63,356 nt of DNA, filler included, from Octopus bimaculoides (GCF_001194135.2; 9 parts of 9 records of this genome joined end to end with filler, not necessarily neighbours in it); one strand, 5' to 3'. Positions 25,878-39,233 are shown, counted from the whole stretch's first letter. A program made the numbers and translations. The notes: a model not told the origin generated them from the letters alone.

Positions 25878-26820
25878 CACATATATATACACACATATAT
25901 ATACACACATATATATACACATATATATACACATATATATATATATGTATATATATGTATACATACATACATATGTATATATATATATATATATNNNNNN
26001 NNNNNNNNNNNNNNNNNNNNNNNNNNNNNNNNNNNNNNNNNNNNNNNNNNNNNNNNNNNNNNNNNNNNNNNNNNNNNNNNNNNNNNNNNNNNNNNNNNNN
26101 NNNNNNNNNNNNNNNNNNNNNNNNNNNNNNNNNNNNNNNNNNNNNNNNNNNNNNNNNNNNNNNNNNNNNNNNNNNNNNNNNNNNNNNNNNNNNNNNNNNN
26201 NNNNNNNNNNNNNNNNNNNNNNNNNNNNNNNNNNNNNNNNNNNNNNNNNNNNNNNNNNNNNNNNNNNNNNNNNNNNNNNNNNNNNNNNNNNNNNNNNNNN
26301 NNNNNNNNNNNNNNNNNNNNNNNNNNNNNNNNNNNNNNNNNNNNNNNNNNNNNNNNNNNNNNNNNNNNNNNNNNNNNNNNNNNNNNNNNNNNNNNNNNNN
26401 NNNNNNNNNNNNNNNNNNNNNNNNNNNNNNNNNNNNNNNNNNNNNNNNNNNNNNNNNNNNNNNNNNNNNNNNNNNNNNNNNNNNNNNNNNNNNNNNNNNN
26501 NNNNNNNNNNNNNNNNNNNNNNNNNNNNNNNNNNNNNNNNNNNNNNNNNNNNNNNNNNCACAATTATAATATGTCTATTCTACTGTAATTTTCTGCATTT
26601 TCGTGCAGCTGAAGATTGCTCTACATATTGCATTTCATGTAATGCTCGCATTACTTAAATAAATGGAGTAGCATGAAAATCCGTGTTACTTATTTTGATT
26701 TTTTGATCACCTAGTTTTTGGAATGGTTTTTGTATAATGCCATACCATACTATATTCTGGTGCCTAAACATAAGTACCATATTCAATTTTGTATCTATAT
26801 CTAAACCTTGTATGTATGTG

Positions 26821-26856
<36 letters not shown>

Positions 26857-27239
26857 GTGAGAGAGAGAGAGTGAGAGAGAGAGAGAGGGAGAGAAAGAAA
26901 TAGATATTGAAAATGGGCGTACTTTTAAACATTAGATTTTAAAATGACTGCCTTCAAATGTATCGGGAAATGAACTATTACAGAAAATGAATTTATTCTA
27001 CCTAAGATATTGTCTTCTCTTTGCTTCGTTCAGTATGTGATAATTGCAAGAATTACATCATCAGGTTCAGCATAATCATTCTACGTGGTTAAACAACCAA
27101 CTTCAATCAGTCGACCGACTTTCAACCTTGGTACCGGGTTTGGTCGTATTATTCATCCTTTCGATGGCTGAATACGAGATATGGCTCACAAGATCTCGTT
27201 CCGGTGACACTTCCTGATCACCGATATTACTTGTTTCTC

Positions 27240-27370
27240 CTTGCTGAATGAACTAGAACAACATTAAGTGAAATGTTTTGCTTAAAAACACAACGCATGG
27301 CCCAGTCGAGGAATCGGAGCTATAATCTTATGATCATCAGTCCATCACCATAACCTCTAAATCACGCGTC
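27240..27370 (-). mobile_element. SINE family C, degraded
   Basis: GTGAAATGTTTTGCTTAAAAACACAACGC corresponds to 6530-6545 in reverse. Confidence 0.55.
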
Positions 27371-28846
27371 TCCACATATATTCACGTTGACGCTTGCGAG
27401 TTCCTCGACCCTTTGACGGGAAATGCACTTGAAAGAGATCCTTAATAGGATAATTTAAGTATATAAGCAGTCATAATATCTATTAGCGTTCTTTGCAAAG
27501 GGAGAAGTGAGAATATGAAAGAAAATTTTAAGGTGGGGATATTTCGTGCAGTAACCGAAAGCATTATTATGTTTATCTCATTGTCGTAGTGTAGGTGTTT
27601 GATAGCTACGATATGTAGTTTCTCCTGTATGTACATTATCATGATATCTATGATTTATGCACTGGAGCAATTGTGATTTGAGGATTTTAGTTAATGCGAA
27701 GTTTGAGGATAGACATCTCCTGAAAAGAGGTTCTCAGTCACACGCTCAGAAAGATCCAATTGGTCATAATGAACAATATATACAGTTACGTATGGCCAAA
27801 ATTGAAATTTCGCATAAATTTCTATGAGGAATACGGAATCAGAGAAAAGTGGGTTACCGTTGTTTTCGTTTTTAATACAACGGCAAGGAATATTTAAAAT
27901 GATAGAGGTAATGCCAGTAGAGGAGCTTAGATGTATAATATCTTACTTTTTCAGTAAAAGTAGCAAGTACTCCTTTTAACTTCCTATTAGAGAAATATAT
28001 GCTGGTCATTGTTTATTGCTCACACATTACTAATCTAACGAGCCATTTATGAAAGGTTTTTCAGGCGCGATTATTCTGCATTTGGTTTTCTGATATAGCG
28101 TTTCTATGATTACATTCACCAATGCACGTTTATTCCATTAAGCTGGAGGGATATGCATTTAGGGGGAAGTAATATTATACCTCAATACTTGATTCAACCC
28201 GTAGATGACCGCCTTGACACATGTACCGTGACTTCATCATGGAGATATCTGATCAAACATGTCACAAGGGAGCGACGAAAGTTCAACAGACCCGAAAAGT
28301 GTTTTCTTCTCTTGCTCTGTCGTCTGTGAGTATTGGTATAGTGGTAGTAATGTAGTTATATAATAAACAAAAAAAAAATAGCTATAAAAAACTTAGGATA
28401 TTTCTGATATACGAGCAGAATTACCATACAAAGTAAATTTTGTCTGTTAATTTCTAGGTATATGTAAATGTTTTCGTAAAAATACTGACGTTAATAACAT
28501 TTTTATAAAAATGAATTATTTTTGGCAGTTAACATTAGTGTATTTTTGTGTGAAAATAAGTAGTTTTGCTGCTTATTTCTTTAAAGAGGCTTTTACTGAA
28601 ATATTCCACATAACTAGTACACAATAAGCGTCTCAACTAGGCACAGTGAATGCATATGCCTCTCCTTGCATTACTACTACTGTTTATGGCAAGGAAGACG
28701 AACCCATGCAAACGTACTAAACAATTTTGCAAATCATTTTTTCCAGACGTTCAATTCATTTTCTCCTCATATTTTTTCTTACATTCATCAATCTACAGAA
28801 ATTGGATGTTAGAAGACAAGGCGCTATTCTCTCATCAGTGGCAAAA

Positions 28847-28878
<32 letters not shown>

Positions 28879-29039
28879 GATTGATTCTCCCATTGAAGAT
28901 GACGTATTAGTGTTCAACGACCGGTGAAAATGATTGGTTTATAGTGATCAAATGTTCATGCTGTACATTGGCTCACTCCCTCCATCGAATTATTGTTGTC
29001 CGAACAGGTGTACTGTACCACGCGTCAGGTATCGACGTG

Positions 29040-29160
29040 ATCGTAGAGTGACGCGAGATGAGGTGTTTTGCTCAAGAACAAAACGCACCACCCGGCCTAG
29101 GATTTGAAACTATGATCTCGCGATCGTGAGAACAGCACCGTAACCACTACGCCATGCGTC
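29040..29160 (-). mobile_element. SINE family C, 5' part
   Basis: GTGTTTTGCTCAAGAACAAAACGCA...GCGATCGTGAG...ACCACTACGCC is the reverse of 6448-6572. Confidence 0.7.
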
Positions 29161-29209
29161 CGTGAGAGTGTATTGCCTAGGAATATTACCAAGGGAGTAA
29201 AAAGGATGT

Positions 29210-29420
29210 AGGAAACTATTATAAGGTACCAAGCATCGTGGCATCTCAAGACGGTTGAAATGCCAGTGATTGTAGGAGCACTTGGAATGAGGAAAAAAAG
29301 GAAGTGAAAATGATTTGAGGATGATTGATCCCTGGCTTACCATCCATGCAGGAAGTGTAAAATATTGTCTTAATTTGTATGTCACACGCACGTTTTGGGA
29401 AGAGCATTGTCACTGTGAAT
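29210..29420 (+). mobile_element. R4/Dong-like non-LTR retrotransposon, extreme C-terminus of ORF, decayed
   Basis: WHLKTVEMPVIVGALGMRKK (29239-29298), then PGLPSMQEV*NIVL, matching W..K....P.IVGALG...K and PG......QK.VL. Confidence 0.7.
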
Positions 29421-29584
29421 TTCTTTCCCTTTTCCCCATCATTTCCTTTGTTTTCTTGTTTTCATTCTTTCTCTTTTCTTCCTTCCTTTTTTCTCTCTGT
29501 CTTTCTTCCCTTTTTCCTATCACATGACTTTGTTAATTAACAATCTGGTGTCTTTAAGCCTGTTTGTACCTTCATTGGCCTTTA

Positions 29585-29870
29585 CGTTATACATAACAAT
29601 ACGAAGTGACAAAGAATTGGAGTGGACATGTGACTAGTAAAATACTGCAGTATGATGGGAAGGCGACAATATTCTGGGATTATGATTTTCTGACTAATAT
29701 AATAATTGATTGTCACCGACAGGACATGGTTGTATTGAACAAGAAACATAAATACTTCCAGATCGTTGACGTAGGCATACCAAATGACATGAATATTGTG
29801 AAGAAAGATGTTGAGAAAATAGACACCAAGTACTCCAAACTGAAAGTAGAGACGACAAGACTGTGGTGGT
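29585..29870 (+). mobile_element. R4/Dong-like restriction-like endonuclease domain fragment
   Basis: KNWSGH...ATIFWDYDFLTNIIIDCHRQDMVVLNKK...IVDVGIPNDMNIVKKDVEKIDTKYSKLKVETTRLW matches I.WD....TD..I...RPD.V......C..ID.A.P.D.N...K..EK..KY..L..E..R.W. Confidence 0.8.
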
Positions 29871-29872
29871 GG

Positions 29873-29939
<67 letters not shown>

Positions 29940-29940
29940 G

Positions 29941-29971
<31 letters not shown>

Positions 29972-30113
29972 TAACAAGAAGAAGAAGAAGAAGAAGAAAA
30001 AGAAGAAGAAGAAGAAGAAGAAGAAGAAGAAGAAGAAGAAGAAGAAGAAGAAGAAGAAGAAGAAGAAGAAGAAGAAGAAGAAGAAGAAGAAGAAGAAGAA
30101 GAAGAAGAAGAAG
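29873..30113. repeat. Compound microsatellite (TAC)n(ATA)n(AGA)n
   Basis: Direct reading. Confidence 0.95.
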
Positions 30114-33100
30114 ACCCATTTACGACTATAGACACGTTTTTAATCTGAATAGTTAGACATGAGCGTATTTTTATATTTTGATGCTTGGATATAATGTCAT
30201 GTTTACAGAAGCAGAACGAGGTAAATTGGTTCGACTCTCTAAATAATCGATATTTATTTTAAGGATATTATAAGGATGAGATAAGACCACATAGGAATTC
30301 GAAACCTATCAATTATGAACGATGCGAACTAATGAATTAGGGAAATTCTTTGAAAGCCATACACCATTTTCGCTGTAAATGATTTATAATCTGTTGAATG
30401 ATATTAGTATATTAGTTATATTCGTTGTGAACTCTTATATGAACAGGCGCGAAATATATTCTGGAACTTTCTTTTTCTATTGTGAAAATGGTCTTACCCC
30501 TAAATATAGATCTTATACCACATTAAGAAACAATGGTAACTTAAAGAGACTCTTACCCTTGTTCTTCACAAAGCAATAAGAATAGTCTCAATCAGTAAAC
30601 AGTAAATTGTGTAATAAAACTACTTCCAAGAACAATATAGTTAAGGGAAATGCAAACGTTACTATAAGTAAAAATGGAAATGAATTTTATTTTTGCACTG
30701 TAATATAAGAAAAATACTCTAAATACTTTCCTTAAAAAAAAAAAATGGAAAATGTCTACATCATTTTCTATTTACATGTTGAGAAACGAAGACAATTGTG
30801 GAATGAAAAATTATTTATGTCAATGATTCATTGTCTGAAAATCATCTGCATTGAATTATTACCGAAAGAAAAGAATACTTAAAAACAAATTCTATAAATG
30901 TAAATTGATATAACAACAAATGCAAAATTAAGCAGTAGAAGTCTCTCAAAAATATGTATAAGAAATATTTAATAGCAAACACTTATCAAATTTAAAATAA
31001 AAAAATATATATTGCATGATTCCTGAGAAGAACTGCAAGTTACGCGTAAAAAAGTAAGGTAAACTATTGGAATCTGTGATGCAGAAATAATGTAATAATG
31101 TTTTTCTTTTTCGGTTATGCAATTTCTATAAGTTAAATGACAAGTATTGATTTATTAAGAAAAAAATATTTTTGACGTAAAGCCTAGACTGGTGTTCAGC
31201 GAATATTATGCCCTAACCAAGGGCCAATTACGATATAAATTATATTTTCGCATATAAATTATATTTTCAAGCAGAATCATGGTCGTCGTTTTACACTTTT
31301 TCAAAATGAATTTTATTTTAGTCTATATTTGATTTTAAATCTAATATATAACAATTATACCGGGTTAAAATAAAAAGCACTGAATTGAAAGAAATAGTTT
31401 CTGACGTTTCATATTTTTCATTTTATGGTACGGTTGGCATGATTACTTCATCAAAGAAGTTGTTACAGTTATTTAGCAGGAGTCAATATTAATCGTATAC
31501 AGCGTTTGAAGAATTAAAGGAAATGCGTATACCAGTCCAAAATTATTGCTGCTAAAATAATTTCGAAAATTCTATCGTACATTTAAGCTTTACAATTGAC
31601 AGGAAGAGGACTTAATGTTTAACAAAACAAGTTTTGATATAACTTAAGGCATTGGTTTAATTATTTTGATGAGTACATTACTCTATCATGCATTTCCATG
31701 AATACCTACATGCAAAATTACAGAAAATAAGTAGTAACACAAATGTAGGAAAGAAGATATCATTCAGACATACTGACCAGTATTTTGATTAAATATATTC
31801 ACTTTATATATGTGAAAACGTGACTATTTCATAAAAAAAGAAATTTCATGAAGATAAAGAATGTTCCAAAGTTTACCAGCATTTGCTCATTGAAACTCTG
31901 GTCTTAAACTCTATTTGAAATCCGAAATTTTCTATAATAAATAAAATTTGCATTTCATAAATACATACTGTTTGTTTTAATAAGATCCGCAGATATGTAC
32001 ATGACACCTGTTTACTGCATACAACCAATTTAGATCCACTATGGCATTCTGAATAGAACTACAGTGGGATGTTCAAGTTTGTTTCCTTGGTTTAAGAAAC
32101 TAACTCCATTTGTCATATCTATAGATGATGGTGAGTAATTATGTTTCTCAAGTTTATATTCAAACGGAAATGTTTTAATATAAGCACAGGGAGTGAACGA
32201 TAAGATATAATAAATATTCCTTTAGATATTACCCGGCATCTAATCTTATGTTGCAGACAACGAGCTTACTACCCTGAAAATATCCTGAATAAGATCCAGA
32301 GTATGTAATTTGACACGTTACAGCATTTCATGGCAACCACTATCTCTTGTATTCATTCGGTTTTCTAAAGCTTCTTTTCGAACACCACACCGAGAGGTAC
32401 CATAACCTTTACACATAAAAATGAATGATGCATTTGAAAGGGAACGATTAGAAGGTACTCGGGGATTTTGTACTTAAAATGTTATTTCAAACCCTAGGGT
32501 TAGCGGTAATTTCAGACCCTAGGGTTAGCAATTAGGCTAAAAAGGGAGCACTTGGCAAAAAGAGGAATGGATTAGTAGAAAAAGTTGCAACGTCGGAAAA
32601 GTGCCTTCTGTTATCGTTGTGGTTCCTTCGCCTTCTACGTTCACGTGCCTCCAAGGTGTAGTTTGCCATATAGCCTTTCCGGCCCAATACATTAATGTAC
32701 TAATACATTACTAGAGTCAATTTAATTGTCTAAGGACACCAACAAAAACTTGGTAGCTTATGCTATAATTAGAAACATATATATTTAATATATGTATATA
32801 CCAGTCATTTCTTGATAATTTCCCGTGTATATGTGAAAGAAGTCATTCCAAGGACTTTCGAAATGGTATTACAAAAGTACACTCTTTTGGTAAAAATTGG
32901 ACATAGTTTTGAGTTTTAGACATTTAATCGTTCCCCCATTTTATAATCATTTGGCCAAAAAATTATATCCTAATTAAGTAATCAAATATTGAGCTTTTGC
33001 AAATACTAGTGACCATTATGCATTGTATTGTAATAAAATATAATCTCATAGTACACTACGAACACTTACATATTTCCATACTATAACAGCTGGGAAAAGC

Positions 33101-34379
33101 CCCGTTATATATTACAATGGATACACGAATTGACAAAAGTAAATTTTCAATCAAATATAACAGAATCAAAATATAAAGCGGGTAAAATATACGCTTACTC
33201 GTAGTGCAATTTAACTTGTAAATTATTGATACATATGCCATTTATAAACCATGGGTTTATAAATAGATGCGAACGTTTTAGTATCTGAACTTGCTCTCTG
33301 AAGAATAATTTATAAAATATGATCGTTGAAGTGAGATATCTAGCAGTATATTGATAAAAATAAAATTTACAATATCATTCAAAAATGACTAGTTTTCAAG
33401 TTAATCAATATGAACAAAAACGAATGTTAAATGGAAAAATATTTAAAAAAAATTATAACATTATGTTTATATTTCTACAGTCCTTTTATCACCTGCCAAT
33501 ATGGAACGTCAGAATAATATAAAGAGTTCATTTTCATGAGTTATGAAGAGCCTAATGATAGTCCTTCCCTGCTCAAGAAGCGACAAGTTATTTTGTATCA
33601 TATCTGAGAGGTGTTAGACACTATATTTTGACACCATTTAAATTGATACAAGACTATACTATTAACTTTCTATTATCAATATTATTAAGTACTATTACTT
33701 TACGTCTTTGCTCTACTTTGCCGATTTTGCATTTTGTATATATTCCTTTTCATTTTTGTTTCATTTTTCTATGTTACTTGTGTTTCCCATCGCTTATGAG
33801 ATACCTCCACTAACTGTCTCCATCTTAATTTCCAATTCCCTTCTTTTTTCTTCTTTTCTAAATATAATTCTGTCTGCCATTTGTATGTAATTTTCAGTAC
33901 TACTTTTTGCAGCTATTTTAGTATTTCTCATATGATTATATTCTTCATGCTAATTTGTTTTTTATAATATCTTTTCACTTTCTTTCATAATGTGTTTTAT
34001 TTTACATAATTACATTTTTTTCCGTAAAAATATCTCCTATTCAGTTCACCCTTGGTTAACTGTATGTTTTGGAAAAGTGTCTTAATTAAATTATCGTCAT
34101 CACATCGTTTATTTCCACTAAATGTCGATTCAATATACTTCAATTTTGTAAAGATAGAAATCTGTAAATGAGAATAATTTCACTTACATATACTTACGAG
34201 TGTGTGTACACACACATATATACATACATACTTATACACATACAAACTTACATACACACAGACTGACAGACACACACGCACATACACGCACGCACATACA
34301 CGCACGCACACACACGCACGCACACGCACACACGCACACGCACACAAACACATACACAACCACACGCACAGACACAAAC

Positions 34380-34410
<31 letters not shown>

Positions 34411-34707
34411 GAGAGGAAATGAGATGCACGGAATACTCTTGCAGATATACTAAAAATCGTACAAACACATGCGTGCAAGCACATATATAAATGTGCATAT
34501 GCTGTAGCTTTCTACGTGTCTGTGCGTGCGTGTTATGTATAATTATATATATACACATACGTATATACACATATATTTATGTATGTGCATGCACACACTC
34601 AAATATACATATAACTAAGTGCGTGTAAATAAAAGATAGCAGAAATTGCATACACGAATAGATATAAAGATGAGTACGCTCAGTTGAATAAAAAAAAGTA
34701 TACGTTT

Positions 34708-34790
<83 letters not shown>

Positions 34791-35607
34791 GACGGACGTG
34801 CTGTTACATCGGCTGCAGAGGTAAACGTTTATTTGGCCTTTTATTGCCAACAAATTGTTATCGTTTTTGTATATAAGGTGTGTCAAGCACCCAACTTTCT
34901 TTTTATTGTGTTTTAGAGGTAGGAATTGGCCCTTAAGGGCAGTTTCAACCTGTTTTAAATATATATTCTTTTTCTTCCCGACATTGAAAAATGTCGAGAA
35001 ATGTTGTAGCAGAATGCTGGTCAGATTCTTTTTTGGAACATTTTCCTAGGCTTGAAACGCTGGGAGAACAAAAAAAAGTAGGTCATGAACGCGCCCACAC
35101 CAAATCAACAACAGAAAGAACAAATGAACCAACAAATGTTACAGACCTTAAAGTAAACGTTGTCATGGATACTACGACTGTTAACAGCCCTGTCTCCACC
35201 ACCAACACCGCAGAGACTATCACTGCTACCACCACCGCCACCAATACCGGCAACAACAACAACAACAACAACAACAGCAACAACAACAAATCACCGGCCG
35301 TTCACACCGACACCACAATGAGCAATTTTGCCAGTTTACTGAAAACGGCAAAGTAAACCATTATATTAACGGAATCAGAAGTGGAATTTGGAGAAACTCT
35401 CTTGTCAAAAGTCGGCCACAAAATTGTTTTGCATACACCCAAAGAAATATCAGACGACGTAAACAAAAAAACAATCATTTATAAAGTACACAATAAAACA
35501 ACTAAAANNNNNNNNNNNNNNNNNNNNNNNNNNNNNNNNNNNNNNNNNNNNTTAATTAATTAANNNNNNNNNNNNNNNNNNNNNNNNNNNNNNNNNNNNN
35601 NNNNNNN

Positions 35608-35827
35608 TATAAGGGCATTACTATACAGTAATGCCTCACGCTTAGAGGGACTTTATAAGTCAAAACTACCAAAATAAGCACATATTTACCGATCGCGAGG
35701 GAATGCAACTTTCAAAGCTAACCTCCTAAAAACTTTTAACTTAACGGCAAACCACTGGTTTCATAATTAATACAGCAAAACTATGCAGTAAGCTCGTGAG
35801 GCATTACTGTATAGTAATGCCCTTATA
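35608..35827. mobile_element. MITE with perfect 33-bp terminal inverted repeats
   Basis: 35608-35640 (TATAAGGGCATTACTATACAGTAATGCCTCACG) is the exact reverse complement of 35795-35827. The right flank is TA-rich; the left flank is an assembly spacer. Confidence 0.85.
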
Positions 35828-35854
35828 TAAATTATATTATATATAATATATATA

Positions 35855-35993
35855 TCTCTTTTACTCTTTTATTTGTTTCAGTCATTTGACTGCCGCCATG
35901 CTGGAGCACCGCTCTTAGTCGAGCAAATCGACCCCGGGACTTATTCTTTGTAAGCCTAGTACTTATTGTATCGGTCTCTTTTTGCCGAACCGA
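35855..35993 (-). mobile_element. SINE family A, 3' fragment
   Basis: TTACTCTTTTATTTGTTTCAGTCATTTGACTGCCGCCATGCTGGAGCACCGC...TTTGCCGAACC. Confidence 0.85.
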
Positions 35994-36379
35994 TATCCTC
36001 GACTTTGATTTCATGCCAAAGAAACACGATTATAGTTTACATTAAAAACATTAAAATCCTATGATAACACAGTACAACAATGATTTTGCTACAGAGAAGA
36101 GAACATCATTTTCTGGAACGGTTTTTACCATAGATAACGAAAATGAACTCAGTTTTTTTTATGAAATGACTCCAATGTTTCGTAAAATGAGCCGTCACTA
36201 AACGTTATATTTTTGCTAGAAAATAGGCCGTTTTCTGTGAAAATAACAATTTTTTTCTAGAATTAAAGCGAGTTTTCTGCAAAATGGGCTGTTATTAATA
36301 GTAAATGCGTTATTTGCGTCTTTTATTAAAGGAAGAACATCAATTTTCTAGTACAATATTTATGTTTCTTTCTATGTTT

Positions 36380-37285
36380 AGCATAAGGTATGTCTCTCTG
36401 AAGAAACCAGCAAAAGTCAGCAAGTTTGACGGGACTCTATTTCTCCTTATATCGAGTTTCCATTTGACATATGTCTTGGTAGAATCTCTCACTATGTTCG
36501 TCGCTAACGCCTGCCGCATTCTGAGTAAATAAAGCTAGATGCCAATGCAAATAGTGAACTTTTAAACGACATATCACACCTTAATGATTTGTACAAGTCA
36601 ATCAACTTTTCTCCAAGAACTTCATAGTTGGCTGCTCTGTGTTTCCCAAGTAGGCCATTACATACGTTTCTGAAACTTTGCCATGCATCCAATTCCAATA
36701 CATTTAAGGTGTTTTCAAAATTATCGTCTGTCAAAAGTTGCCGAATTTGGTGACCGACAAACACCCCTTCTTTGATTTTTGCATGGCTTTGTTCGGGAAA
36801 CTTAGTTTTCAAGTACAAAAATGGTGGCTCTTCTAGATTTAACTTCTTAACACAATGTTTGATAAGGCTTAATTTAATATGCAATGGAGGCAAAATTATT
36901 TTCTCCTTAGAAACTAATGGTTCACGTGTAGCGTTATATGAACCTATTTCTGATTTATTTCTCAATGGCTATTCCCTACGGATGTAACGCTCTTCCTGAG
37001 CACGGTTGTCCCATTGACATAAAAAAGCACATGTACTTAGTAAACCCTGCCTATAAGCCACTTACAATCGGTACAACTTCCAAGTCTGCACAAATCAGCC
37101 ATTTATGTTCATATCTTATACAGGCGCAGGAGTGGCTGTGTGGTAAGTAGCTTGCTTACCAACCACATGGTTCCGGGTTCAGTCCCACTGCATGGCACCT
37201 TGGGCAAGTGTCTTCTACTATAGCCTCGGGCTGACTAAAGCCTTGTGAGTGGATTTGATAAATGGAAACTGAAAGAAACCCGTTG

Positions 37286-37320
<35 letters not shown>

Positions 37321-38500
37321 TTGCGTGTCTGTGTTTGTCCCCCCAACATCGCTTGACAACCAATGGTGGTGTGTTTACGTCCCCGTAACTTAGCGGTTCG
37401 GCAAAAGAGACCGATAGAATAAGTACTAGGCTTCCAAAGAATAAGTCTTGGTGTCGATTTGCTCGACTAAAGGCGGTGCTCCAGCATGGCCGCAGTCAAA
37501 TGACTGAAACAAGTAACAGAGTAACTTAATATGAACGATAAATTTTTGTACATTTCCTTTAGAACAACAGAATGAACTATAAGAATTGACGGAAGTTTAT
37601 TACCTGTGTGCAATAGCACAGCTTTAGTACTATAAACCAAAGCATCTATGAATAACCTCCATTCAATTCGGTCGTAATTTAAGCCAAGCTCTTCCAGAGA
37701 GTCCCGGTATGTCGTCACAATAACACAAGCTGCCATTCATTTCAAATTTTTCTATTAAACCATCTGTACGGTTTCGAAATTTGGTAATACTGATATCTTG
37801 AGTTACCAAGTTTCTTTCCTTTAACCTAGAAGCCAGTAACTCACTCTGCATTTTCATTAATCCCAAATCCCGAACAAGATCGTTTAACTCATCCTGTGCT
37901 ACGGGTTTCGGCCTGGACTGTTCTGATACAGGCACATACATCTCAACTTGTTCACAATTCTCTTCTGCTTCACTAATATCAGATAAAACCATTTTTGCGG
38001 TATCGAAACGCTGGCCGAATGAGACACAGGCGGATTTCAGATTCGGATACTCCACCGACGACGTACTCTCCGTTGTTATACTTGTTAAGAAAATAAATTA
38101 TAGCATTTCCTGTATTTAATACATCGAATAAAGATAAATATATTTAGATAAATATATGCTAGGTTTAATGCAAATAAAAACACACCTTTAAAATCTACAA
38201 GACAGAAATAGCAGTCAGAATGGTGGTCTTGTGGTTCACGCCAAACCATTGGAATGCCAAACTGCATACTTCTTGACTTTCCCAAAGACCATTTTGAAAG
38301 ACCATTGGTACATGTTCTGCAACACATATGTGATTCCCTCGCTCTCCAATCTTCACACCAAAATATAAGAATACTGTTTTGCTTTGTTGTTTTTTTTTTT
38401 TTTCCAACAGCGTAATGTTTCCTGCACTCTTCTGGAATGTCACAGTGCCACAGCTATAACAAAATTGGTCTGGGTGATTTCTACACTGCCCTTTTGGCAT
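36380..38500 (-). pseudogene. Chapaev3-like (CMC superfamily) DNA transposase, near full length, with frameshifts and stops
   Basis: Colinear motifs: CRNHPDQFCYSCG; PMVWREPQDHHSDCYFC; ELNDLVRDLGL..MQSELLASRLKERN; EWRLFIDA..STKAVLLHTGNKLPS; WLICADLEVV...GFTKYMCF/CQWDNRA; PLVSKEKIILPPLHIKL; KIKEGVFVGHQIR; KVHYLHWHL; VSDEHSERFYQDI..METRY; LADFCW. Element termini were not identified. The family name is from recall. Confidence 0.8.
37122..37525 (+). mobile_element. tRNA-derived SINE family A, full length, inserted in the transposase
   Basis: A-box-like TGGCTGTGTGG (37133) and B-box-like GGTTCAGTCC (37176), an internal (TA)n/(TG)n tract, and the tail AAGTAACAGAGTAA. Transposase coding sequence continues on both sides. 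Confidence 0.92.
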
Positions 38501-39233
38501 TTTAATGCAATTTTTATTCTAATTAAATATTTATAGGTATTTCATTGTTTTTTATCATCTGAAAAATATAAAACAATTAAAATTACACAAATACTCTAAT
38601 ATTAAAAATCCGAATTGCCATCAACTAGAGTCATTCTGTGAGAAACGGTTGTCATTTTCGTGATNNNNNNNNNNNNNNNNNNNNNNNNNNNNNNNNNNNN
38701 NNNNNNNNNNNNNNNNNNNNNNNNNNNNNNNNNNNNNNNNNNNNNNNNNNNNNNNNNNNNNNNNNNNNNNNNNNNNNNNNNNNNNNNNNNNNNNNNNNNN
38801 NNNNNNNNNNNNNNNNNNNNNNNNNNNNNNNNNNNNNNNNNNNNNNNNNNNNNNNNNNNNNNNNNNNNNNNNNNNNNNNNNNNNNNNNNNNNNNNNNNNN
38901 NNNNNNNNNNNNNNNNNNNNNNNNNNNNNNNNNNNNNNNNNNNNNNNNNNNNNNNNNNNNNNNNNNNNNNNNNNNNNNNNNNNNNNNNNNNNNNNNNNNN
39001 NNNNNNNNNNNNNNNNNNNNNNNNNNNNNNNNNNNNNNNNNNNNNNNNNNNNNNNNNNNNNNNNNNNNNNNNNNNNNNNNNNNNNNNNNNNNNNNNNNNN
39101 NNNNNNNNNNNNNNNNNNNNNNNNNNNNNNNNNNNNNNNNNNNNNNNNNNNNNNNNNNNNNNNNNNNNNNNNNNNNNNNNNNNNNNNNNNNNNNNNNNNN
39201 NNNNNNNNNNNNNNNNNNNNNNNNNNNNNNNNN

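Noticed and set aside
34991-35356. Thr/Asn-rich 121-aa ORF resembling a mucin stalk
   Set aside because: Largely decayed (ACC)/(AAC) repeats with no convincing splice boundaries.
37122-37195. tRNA-like sequence with A and B boxes (also 6448, 12060-12141, 29040)
   Set aside because: These are heads of multi-copy SINEs, continue into SINE bodies, and form no convincing cloverleaf.
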